Assembly: GCA_965112155.1 (NCBI GenBank)
Contig: OZ218098.1
Strand: one strand, 5' to 3'
Length of the DNA: 64,000 bases
From: Podarcis liolepis
Lineage: Eukaryota
This document shows, in pieces, positions 14,601 through 26,600 of the stretch. How positions within the stretch are numbered: the stretch's first letter is position 1; every line of letters begins with the position of its first letter. The notes under the pieces are model-generated. The model saw only the letters and a list, made by a program, of their open reading frames with translations, was not told the DNA's origin and did not search any database. The translations under genes were made by a program, and so were the position numbers.

Positions 14601-17600
14601 GAATGAATGACTGTGTGGATCAAAAACCTCTGACCTCTATGGATGACCAGGTTCCAATGTGTGCCAGGGGTGAGACATGGCACTCCCCCTCCCCATAAGT
14701 CCTTATACCAGTGTGTGAATGAGCTCTCTTTGTATGTATGTGTGCTTACATTTATCTTATCTAGACATACACACACACTGTAAAATCGAGGAAGCATCGG
14801 GGAAGATACCTCCAAGGGGAAAAGTACCAGCTAGCATGGGGTTAGTTTCCCATTGCAGATTTAGAATGCGTCTCCCACACATGTCTTGCTAGATCCCAAA
14901 TCTGCTGTTCTGATTAGCAGTGATCAGTACAGCCCCAATACGGCATGCAAGGGTCAGATATGCTGATTCAGTTATCTGTAACGTAACACCTTCTGTCTGG
15001 AAGCACCCTGAAACGCACCCTAACAACTTCAAGCATTCTGCCATCAAGAGTGGAATTTCAAAAGCCCACCTTCCCCTTCCATTTGCAAGCTACAGTTCAC
15101 CTTTGACGGTATTCTTGGTTTGGTGTCAGGCCCTAAATGAAGACATATTTGCTCTGGCTTTATTAACAAAATGGGGCTCCCGTATCCCTTCCCCCTAAGC
15201 AGTTCTTTGAGGTTGACAGTCCTGGAGGGTTGGTCACCTCTCCAAATGACACTTGGTGTACACACTACTCCCCACAAAGATCTTCCTGGCATTGATCATA
15301 ATCCCTTTGCCCAAATCCTGCTTCAGATATGTCCTTTGCCCACCACACCTGCCATCAAACTAGTTGGGGGCATTAAATCCTTCAGGCAGCCTCCCTTTTA
15401 TTTCAAACTCAGTCCTGTAAAAGGGTGCCCATGAAGAACTCTCCTGCCGTTTACTGATGAGCACAAGAAGAGCCCAGCTGCTGGATCAGGCCAGCGGCCC
15501 GTCTAGTCCTGCATCTCGTTCTCAGTGGACAACCAAATGCCTAGGAACATCCTTCATCAGCTGCTAGGCAGCCAGAAGAGTGACAGTTTCAGGGGTCCAC
15601 TTGACCCACCACTCACCACAGCATTCTTGGGGTTGGCTTGTTCATCCTGCATCTCTCTCAGCTGCTGCTCTGTAGCACTGTGCACACGGCTCAGGACATT
15701 AAACCAGTCACTGTAAGAAAGACAGAAGCAGAAGACACTTTTAAAAAAAACCCCGTATATATTTATTACTGAAATGGTTAATTTTTAATAGTTTAGAATA
15801 CTATAATTAATATGCAAAGCATATTGTATACAAAGCATCATAAAAGTAATTAAATATATTTACTAATACCGATAACATCATACAAAGACTGAAACAATGA
15901 CCTGATAACATGTATATCATGATTCATCTTCTACTCTCCTGCCTTTCCCTATTTTTATAACTGCTTCTCTATTTAGAGCACAACATCATGGGAGGGGTGT
16001 TGCTTCCAGCTTTCCCACCCCTCGCCTTGGGAAAAAGCAGAAACCTTTTAAGAAAAACACACACCTATCCCTGCATCCCCTACCTGGCATCCTCTGGTGA
16101 TTCTGCCACTATGTGGTAAACTCGATCACTTGTCACAATATCAAGGGCATTCTCTTTCTCGTGAATATCCACAATCTCCCTGAAAAACAACAAGTGTGAA
16201 GAACCAGGATGAAAAAGCAGCTTGTCTATGTTTGGCATCCATCTCCATTGGCCTGCCTGGTCTCAAGGAGGTTCAGCGCTTCCCTGATCTCTTGAAAATA
16301 CTTGAGAACAAGGAAGCAACAGCACCCAAAGACAAAGTAAGGTGACATGCTGGTGTGGGAATGAGGGTACTGCCTACTGCACCTAGAGACCACCTTTGGG
16401 GGCTGTGTTGATAAGGATCCACTGCAAGGGCAACATCACTGAAAAGACTTCTAATGTGGGCAAAGAGACAGCTAAACCAATTCAAGTTGAATAGTACTGA
16501 CAAGAGAGGCCAGGGGGAGTGCACAAGAATGTGGGGTAAAATTCGCTGCAAGAAAATTCTCAAATCAGTCCTAAGTAGGCCCATGCGGGGGGGGGGGGCG
16601 CAAGTCAGTTGCACTTTTCACAGGCCTCAGAGGGCTAAACAGGCTGGGGGGTACCACCAGGGGCCTGCCAGACTTAAGCTATCATGCCAAGAACAAGACT
16701 CCCGCCCCAGGCCTCAAACAAGCTCTGCATGGGCCTGGTCCTAGAGTGTCATTATGCATGCAGGACTGACACTGAAGCTTTAAAAATAGCCCTTGCACCC
16801 AGGTAAGGGGCTCTAAGGCCCCACCCTCTCTAACAGCCTCAGGCCTAAAGATGTCCCACAGGACTTAAGGAGTCAAACAATTTCCCCTCAAGCCCAAGTT
16901 GTTAAGGATTCCCCAAACATCTCCTGTTACCAATCAATATTGATACTGATTTATCCCTAGGGTTACAGACATAACAGTGTCCCATACTTGGCCTTCCTGA
17001 TGTCAATCGTCCCTTTCAGCTTCTCTTCACTGTCGTTCTCAAAGTACATCAGCCTGGCCTCTCTCAGCACAAACCAGCGCCGTTTCCAATTCCGGCGAGA
17101 CAGCGTGGACATGCCTCCTCCCTTCTTGTAAAGCCAGCCTGACTTCAAGGCCTCTTGCTTGGCTCGAAACCACATAAAAGCCTCGTTCTTCAGAACACAC
17201 CAGCGCCGTCTCCAGGGGTTCATCAGGCCCCCTTGCAAGGAAGAGAAAAGAGACACAGTCAAAGTTACTGCACCACCAGAATGTCCCCATCCTGCACTCC
17301 ACAAGCACCTGACAAAGACAGTGGCAGGTGTATCTTCCTGCCCTTGGCCGTAACAGTTCCCTGAAAAATGTGGGGCCTCCTGTAGACACAGAATGCTAAC
17401 ATGCAAAAGCAATGCACAAGTTTATCACAGTGGCATTAGCTGCAACGTACAGCGAGGCAGCGGTTGACTTTTTGTATTACTCCCCCTACAACCCTAAAAA
17501 TACAACACCCTGGTCTGCCAGTTACCAAAGTAAAATTGGGAGTGGGGAGGTAAATGTGTGTACTTGCACAAGCCCTCACAAAACTGGCATGAGATATTTT

Positions 17601-20600
17601 GTTACCTGAAGTGAGGCCCAAATGGTGCCTCCTCCCGCCCCACTAAGACCAGTATCTTTTTTATAAATGCAAATTTTGTAGCCTCAAGCTTTAATTTCAT
17701 TTATCCACCCCCTTACTACTACCCCAAATACTGCTTCACAGTGCTGCCAGATCACTTCAAGCATATTCCACAACAGGGCCTCTGCCATCTCTAAAAACTG
17801 TTCTCATCTGTACATGCCCATTAAGACCCAACACTTGGGACTGGATATCACAGCCTTTATGTGGATGCCAATGCAAAGCAACCAAGGTCCCTTCTAATCC
17901 CTCCTTGACAAAAAGCCTTACTGACTTGATCTTGGAAATGAAGAAGAACAAAACAGCAAAACAGGGAACAAATACTGAGGGGAGATGAGAGGGGATTAGG
18001 GAGCAGGGGAAAATGGCTCAGCTTAGGGGACTGACCAAGCTGCTTACCTTTCATGTAGAGATAGCTGTGAAAATAGGCTGGCCCTGATCCATTGAGCACA
18101 GTGACCCGGCTGCTGCAGAATTCTTCATCCGTGTCCATATAAGCATCCCCTTCATCCTCACTGTCTAGAAACTGGAGGCAAAAAGAATGGTTACGCTCCA
18201 GAAACAAAGCAGCACAACCTGCCAAGTCCTATCGCACTTCCACTACAGATCTGAGTGCTGAGCTGGCCAGGCAGTATGATAACCATACAGAAGCAAGAAT
18301 GATCTAAAGTGGGTGAGTGATTTCAAGGCAAAGGCCAAAACCTGCCATACTCAGTTGCCAACATGTGGACTTTGGCCTCTATTTCCATTTGGGAACTATC
18401 TGCTTTAAGAACCTCCAATTTTCTATTGCAGTAGTTCTCCGATGTTCAGCCAAATGCATTCTGGCCATCTCAGCTTCTGTCTCTCTCTCATTATCCCCCT
18501 TCTGGGGGGGGGGGGCAGTCTAACCCCCTTCTGCAGCAGATCATGTGAAAAGCTACAACTTTACACACAACCTAACACACACATACACAATATGTCCTTA
18601 TGGGCAGCACAAAGGGGTGAACTGCCATTCTACATGGGATAGCTTCTAAAGTATATGAACTCCCTTTTTAAGATCACCCCCAAAAGGTTCATATAATGAA
18701 TGTGTTCTCGGGGACGGTGGCTGTTGTGTGCATGATTAATCGGGTCAAACAATATCCAGTAAGTGCCCTTGTAAATCTGGCAGATACAAATACCCATACA
18801 GTAATTGTAGCTGTAAGTAATGCACCAATACCAGGCACAAAATCCATATTCCAACATATATTAAAAACATACAAATGTGCATGAAGATGTGAAGAACAAA
18901 AGGGAAATGTGCATATATGGGATGCATATGCAAACATATGTGCACAGACACACCAGTTGTGCAAGTAAGCTTTAAGTATCACACAGAAAAATACAAACAC
19001 GGCAGAAAATGGGTAAAGTAACCAATAGCTTAAGGCAGTCAATGTGGTTTCCTCTGAATGTTTTTGGACTACAACTTCCAGCATCCCTGACCATTGAGCC
19101 GTGCTGGCTGAGGCTAATGGGAGCTGGAGGCCAAAGGCTACCCCTGGGTTAAAGGAAACACAACACAATGGATTTTAACACTTAAGAGCAAAACAAAATC
19201 CTGTGCCTATATTTTATTATTTATATCCTGCCTTTCTTCCATTATATTTGTATCCTGCCTTTCTTCTATGATGGAACTCAAGGCAACACACACAGTTCCC
19301 TGGAAGTCTCCCATCCAGGCATTGCCCAAGCCCAGAACTTCTTGGCTTCATCCAAGCTATTGCATCCTGTACCTTCAAAACCACATCCTGAGACAAGGGA
19401 AGACTGAAAAAGTTCCAAGGTCAGCTTGCAAGAAGAAGTGGAGTTCTTTAGGAATCAGTCTTGGGACTTATTTTATTCACTACATTTTCCCCCTTTCTTT
19501 TTTGTTTGCAACTTTGATTGCAAACAGCAAGAGTGTGGATTAAATTTTCCAATGAAACCAAGCTGGGAGATGCCTATGAGAGACCACAAGGATTGGACAG
19601 TTATGCAAGATGAAACTAGGCAAGCCTATGGATGGGAGGGAACAGAAATGTGTTCACAAGCATCATGATGAAATGCAATGGCTGTGAATGTGGACTGAAG
19701 AAAACAAGTGCCTTTTAACCCCAAGGAGCATGTTAACACAAGGAGTTAACACAAGAGAGCACTGAGGTGCCAAACATGCACAGGAAAGATAAAAAGAAAA
19801 ACACACTTCCTGCTTCAGAGCAGGATCTGTTTTTCACTTCAAGGCAAACGGTCCTTACCGAGTCTAAGCTGCCGCGGTTGGAGTCCATGCCGTTGCTGTG
19901 GGAATTGCGCGAGGCCTCCTCCCCATTCAGGGGCTCAGCGGACGTGCTGCCAGCCTCTCCGCTGCCATCAAACTCCTCATGGTCATAGTCAGACTCCACA
20001 TCTGGAGGCAAGCTGTAAATTGGCTCTTCTGAGTCCCCATTGTCACTCTGCAGGATTTCCGAGGCTGATTGGTAGATGCTTTCCATAGGCTGCTCCTTCT
20101 GGGGGCTTGCAGATCTCTCTGTGGAAAGACACAGAGTGTTGCCCTCCTCGTTCTCTCCCTTCCTAGGCACTGGCATATTCGGAGAAGCATCTTCCTCGGA
20201 GTAATAGTTGTCACTGGTTCTGGTGCTGCTGTCCTGGTTCAGGAGACTTGGGCTGGGAACTGGTGGTCCCTCTTCATCTGCAGGAAAGCCCTCGTCTTCT
20301 TCTTCCTCAGCCAGGGGAGCTACAAGGCTGCATTCAATGTTGAGGGTCCCTTCGTTGGACAGAGAGTGCTCGAAGCCTTGCACGCTCTCATCCAAATTCC
20401 CAAAATCCAGCAGCTCCAGGAACTCCTGCGCGACCCTGGACGCCTCCTTCTCCAGCCTCTGGATCTCCTCTTCCCGCTGCCGCTTTATCTCGTTCTTGGT
20501 GTTCTCACAGGTGATGTGGTCAGTCTTCTGCTGCCACTGCAGCTTCTCAATCTCCCTCTCCAGTCGCAGGATCTCTTCCATCTGACGCTGCTCCTCTTCC

Positions 20601-23600
20601 TGTAAAGGCTGGTCTTCCTCTTGGGTCCTTAGCGCCTCCATCTGAAAGAAAGGGTCACCCAAAGGGGCACAGATGACAGACTTTCAAAGATCAGCCTTAA
20701 TGGAGTCACAGTAACAGATCTGAGAAAGCAGGCGCTTGCATGGCGGCCAAGTGGCACTTCCCTCTGCTCCCTGCATGTGCAACATTTCTTCTAATTGTTC
20801 TAAGGCATGAGAAGAGCCCTACATCAGGCCAATGGCCCATCTAATCCAGAATCTTGTTCTCTCAAAAGTGACCAACCAAATGCCCATGTCAAGCCTGCAA
20901 GCAGGACCTGAGTGCAAGAGCACTCTCTCACTCCTTGTGATCCTAGCAACTGGTATTCAGAGGCATACAGCCTCTTACTTAAAAAAACCCAACCTGTTTG
21001 ATGAGGTACTCATGGGACAAAAGAACTAAGCATCTGTACTGTACACCATGGGAAGCAAAGGCTCTCACAGGCACTTCCAACTCGCTTAAAAGGCTATGGT
21101 CTATCTCCAAGCCAAGCCAAGTGACAATAGGCTGGATTCAAATGTGCCTTGGATGGAAGTGTCTTTGATCCACCAGAAGATCTCATTAATGAACAGGGGT
21201 CAGTGGGGAAGTCTTTTGCTGATTCCACCTCTCAGCTGCAGTCCCCTCACCATTTTGAAAAAAGGGGCCATTGAGCCTGTGTCTGGTTCAAGGGGGAAAT
21301 TTCCACTGGCACCAATGCAAGCTTTCATTCAGAGACGAATAGCAGCTGCCCCCCCCCCCGTATTTTTCAGTGGGACTGGCACAAAAGAAAGAGGTAAACC
21401 CACCGTCCCACATGTCACATTGATAACCCTGATCAGGATTCCACAGCAGCTGACATTTACACATTCCACTATATTTGTACAACTATGGGTTGTATCCGGT
21501 GTTTGCAGAATGCAGTTCTGTTTATTACAGTACTTTGAAACTGTCCTCAATCTAGATGACACTGTACCGCCGTTCCTAGGATCAAGCTACATGTAACACT
21601 CAACATCTAGGGACATATCCAACACTTTTCTTCTGCTCATGCAACAAACCTCTGCTTTTGCAATTGGACTTCCCCATCTGCTCCTTGCACCCCCCCCCAA
21701 AATCTGCTCCAGAGGGTCCCCCAACCTTCTGGAGAAGATTTTGAGGATGTGCAATGAGCTTAAAGGAAGGGGAGAGGAGAGAGAAGTTCTGTTGTGCAAG
21801 TTGATGCCTGTTGGCATACAACTCTAGGTGTTTATATTACTTTATAGGAGTGGAGCGTCATCTAGACTGAGGACAGAGTCACCGTAACAGCATAGCACTG
21901 CATTCTGCAAACAGTACCTTGGATTAGCTTGTAAAGAGGGAAAGGTCAAGCAACAAAGATCACCAGCATGTCTCCGTATTCTGCTTAGTATTCTGAAATG
22001 AGAGGCATATGATGGGAGTCATAATGGAACACACCTGAGCCACCTGCAGTGCTGCTTCAAGCTGCTCTTTTTCTCTGTTCAAAAACAAAGAACAAACTCA
22101 TCAATAAAATCTACAGTCCAGCTTGCCATGAAAATTTGCTGAAATCAATGAAGTTTTAAATAACACTGCTGCCTCAGTCATTTGCATTCAGATCAAAAAT
22201 TTTGTGAGCTGTAACAAAGCCTTTAAAGTTAAACCAAGGGAAATTATTATATTAATGAAATGCTTGGGTTTTCAGTTTTGGTAAGGCTTCAGAACAGATG
22301 CTGACTGCTATTGAACACATATGGAACAACAATTCACACTGCAGAATGCATGTGGAGGGAAATGGAGGCTGCCTCACAGTGGATAAAAAATGTCATATGA
22401 ACATACTCTTTAGTCAGAAGGTCGGCGGTTTGAATCCCTGCGATGGGGTGAGCTCCCATTGCTCGGTCCCTGCTCCTGCCAACCTAGCAGTTCAGAAGCA
22501 CATCAAAGTGCAAGTAGATAAATAGGTACCGCTCTGGTTCGCCCGAAGCAGCTTAGTCATGCTGGCTACATGACCCGGAAGCTGTACGCCGGCTCTCTCA
22601 GCCAGTAAAGCGAGATGAGAGCTGCAACCCCAGAGTCGGCCGTGACTGGACCTAACGGTCAGGGATCCCTTTACCTTTAAAGTAGCTGAAGGCACCCTCT
22701 TCCCATAGGACAGCCAGATTATCTCAGGCTTGGTTTAATTTGAGGTGTGCAGCTGTGTCAAGACTTCCCCGGCTCTCCCCTCTTGTGACTGAGGAACAAG
22801 CTAAGAAACTGGACAGAGTGGAATGGAGGCAAGGTCACACTGAAGACTCCTGATTGACCACAAAGCCAAGAAAAGGGAATTGGAGGCTGGACTTCTAGAA
22901 TAAATAAATAATGTGGGATCCAAAACTGTGTTTTTAAGGAAAAGTATTATGCAATAGTTTCCCTCAAGAAGAAGCCTTCTAAAAACACACAGCTTCCTAA
23001 AGTCACATATCATTTTCCAAGGGTAAAAGTAATAACTTGGCTGGTAATCATCACTTCATTATTATTAGAGCTGTTGACTGTGGTAACATATATGGAACAG
23101 TGTTAGGCGCATACACAATTAAAAAAACCCAATACCTATATAATGTATTTTTTAAAAAAGCTCACTGCAAATGGGTGTATGTCAAGGACAGAGAAACTGT
23201 ACACATTATTAATAATAATAAATTAAATTTCTGTAGCAATTGATCAATCTTCCCTGGCTGACCTACAAACAAGAAAATATTAAAAACATGGTACTGATGT
23301 TTTAATGAGGTGGTTTCCCCCACAAGGTTATATTGACATGCTACTGCTGCTGTGTTATTTTATTGTTGTGCTACTTGGAGGTTTTGTCTTCAAATAAAAA
23401 GTAGTTTAGAAACCATACACCCTTATTTATTTCATAAAATTTATGTTTATAGAAAGTAGGATCATAGTGTTAGAAGGAAGCAGTTACTACCACTGCGTTG
23501 CAACCTGTGGCGCTCACCCTTGTAGTCCTGAACCAGCCACCTGCAATGATGTCCTGCGACAACCTCAGAGCCTAGCGCTTAGTTGTCCCTTCAGCCCAGA

Positions 23601-26600
23601 GACTAAAAGACATGCCCAGGTGCGCTGCTTTGGGGCTTCCAAATTCTGCAGAGTCCAGATATTCAGGAACCTTCAGACCACCTTGGCCTACCTGGCTCAC
23701 AGGGACCAGCACTTGACCAGAGCAAGTTGTGCAACCTCCATAGCTAGTCTCTTGTGCTGAGTATAGGAGTGCCCCAAAGGAGAAAGTCCCAGCTTAGTGG
23801 TATCATCCAGATGAGCCCTATCATTAGCACTGTGTGTTGTACAATTCTCACTAAGCATGGAATTTAGTATCAGCTTGCAGCTATAAAGGAGTGAGGTTGG
23901 GCTCAAAAAAGAATGCAGGAAGTAACTGGTGAAATCTGCAAAGGCAGAGAGGGTGTTGGGTAATGTTTCCAATGGTCAGGAGGCGGGGCTTCAGGGCCAT
24001 GCATGGCTCCTCCCCTACTAGAAACATATATATGCAGACTTACTTCCCATAATTCATTTTTAAAAAGGTCACTGAATTCAAGTCTGTCTGAGCACAATTT
24101 GGCTCACCTGGATATAGAAGTTTGGTACTGTGTTGCTGCACTTTTAAAGTGGTGAATACGCAAAACTCTGCCTATCACGAGCAACACATCAAAGGCAGAG
24201 TCCTGTTTGGACTGTTCCACTTCAGGCTACAGGGGGCTGATCAAATGGCAAGAGGGATAAAAAACACCCCACAGTCCTCCACATAGAAAACTAAAACACC
24301 AGAGGTAGGTAAGCCAAAATCCTTATCCCTGACACCTGATTTTCTATACGCAGGGAATCCTTTACATGGAGGAACATTAAATCATGTACATCCCTCTCAC
24401 TCCTGCAGTCTGAAGTGGTACAGTCCTGGCACAGGTCTGCCTCTTCAGTTGCAGTTTTGTGAAAGCGGGGCCAGGGAGACAGAACCAAGACTGCCTGGTA
24501 CCTTTTCTTCTCCTCTTCCTCCTCCTGCTTCCTCCTACGCTCCCTCTCTTCTAGCCATTGTCTTTCCTCTTCCTCCTTTCTAATCCGCTCTTCCTCTCGA
24601 CGCCTCTGCTCCTCAGCTTCCCGTTTCCGCTGCTGTTCCTCCTCTAGCAGGTGCCGGTAGAGGCTGCGAGCCAGCTGCCCACGCCAGTGCTTCTGCAGGA
24701 CAATGGCAGAGGCTTTCAGGCGCAGGAGGGACTTCTTCCAGAAGTGAGCACGATAGTTCTTTTGGATAGTCACGACACTGGCTAGCACCCTTCGATACCT
24801 CTTCCTGAGTCAACGAAAGCAAGGTGGGGGTTACTGTCAATCAACGGCCCTTGCTCACTAGGTTCTCCTCAGCATCTGCCTCAGAAACCATCTGACCCAG
24901 GGGTACCAAGATGCCAGATTCAATGAATCAGCACGACCACAGCCGCTTTCTCCAAAAAACATTTCCCCAGGAAGCCACTCCTTCCATGCTTTCCTTTCTC
25001 CTACATCTGTCACCCACCTGGTTTCTGGAGAATGCTTTAGGCATCTCCCTCTTGGGGCCACTCATTTCCTGTTTCTACACCAGCTCTGTCTTTGCTAAGC
25101 ACTTTGAGTGGTGTAATGGCAAGGAACCTCCCAACCCAAGGCAAAATGGCAGATTCCCCCATCCCTCCAAACAATAAAGGGATGGTTCCTGTCATGACCT
25201 CCTCCCAGCATATCAGTCTTTTTTCCAGATGCTCCCACATAGACAGCCATGCACTGCTCTCCTAAAACAGAGGAATGGGTAGTTTTTACACCCACCCACC
25301 CACATATGGAAGCTAAGGTCCCCGTACGAGAGAGAGAGAGAGAGAGAGAGATGGGGAAGGCCTTTTATTTAGTAATGAGACTGTGCACTCTGTACATGTT
25401 CAGAATCTCCCTTCTCTGTAGTTAATCTGCAGGCGTAGAAAAAACTCAAATTCTAAGTCCTAACATTCCTGGCCTGAATTGAGGGTCTGGTTCTTTTATT
25501 AGTGCAATTAAGGCCAGTCCACATGAATCCAATATGGATTATATGCTTTTCTTTTTCTTTTTGAGGACCAATATGAAAAACTAGTATATTATTTCTGTGG
25601 AATAGAAGCATTATCTAGGAAATATACTTACAAGAGTCAGGCAGTTGCTATGTTTGACACTCCATGTGGCACTATGAGGTGTCTCCTACTTAAGAACAGG
25701 GAATGTGTGTGCTTTGCAAGCCCGTGGCTGCATTGCACAAGAACTGAAATGGATATTGACACTGAGTTCAGCATCCTGAGAATCAAAGCTTAAATTAAAA
25801 CTTATTTTTTTTAATACCCAAACAAACAAGTTTCTCACATGCTTAAAGTTGATATGAGCCATAATCTGTGTGCAAACCCTGGTGAAACCTCAAGGTCTAA
25901 CAAGACACACCAGGAGACTCATCCAGAATCTGGCATCAAATGGATATAGAGTGGGGAATGGAAGGGGACAATTGCATGCAAAGGAATGTAAAGCGGAAGG
26001 AGCCTCCCTGCTCATGCTGTTCCCCAATATTCCACTCAGTATTCCACCCACCCAACCCCTGTCCTTTTCTCCCACCTGAGCTGTGATACAGAAGCCCTGC
26101 CAGGAGAAAAGTGATCGAGAGGCATTTTCAGCAGGGAAAGCATGTTCATCACCCCTTCCAGCGCACTGCTTGTTTGCTTCAAAACTGTTCTGTCGGTTCT
26201 GCAGAACCAATCGTCTAGCACACAGTTTGTGCTGCCATCATATCCTGTTAGGCTTCAGAAGCCGGCATGGTGACAGAACAAGGTTTCCAGTGATTGCGGG
26301 GGTTAGGAATCCAGTAAGATTCCTATGGCCTAAGACAGGAGATCCAAATAGCACCCACTCCCCAATGGCAAGCTAAATTATAATAATTTTAATAAACAAA
26401 ACAACGGCCAATTTGCTGCATGCCAATGACACACCTTGCCTGATGGTAGGGCTAGTCCTGTTCCAGTGTCCTGCATGGCTCTTGCTCTTTTATACAACTA
26501 ACAGAAGCAGAATAGGTTGTGCAAAATAAAACAATCTGTACGCAAAGGTTCTTAGTTTGCAGAATTCCAGAGGGTTATTTTGGTGCAGAATTCTGGTGAT

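Noticed and set aside
20069-20605. Plus-strand ORFs opposite exon 25 (similar ones lie opposite exons 35 and 39)
   Set aside because: Antisense shadows of real coding exons
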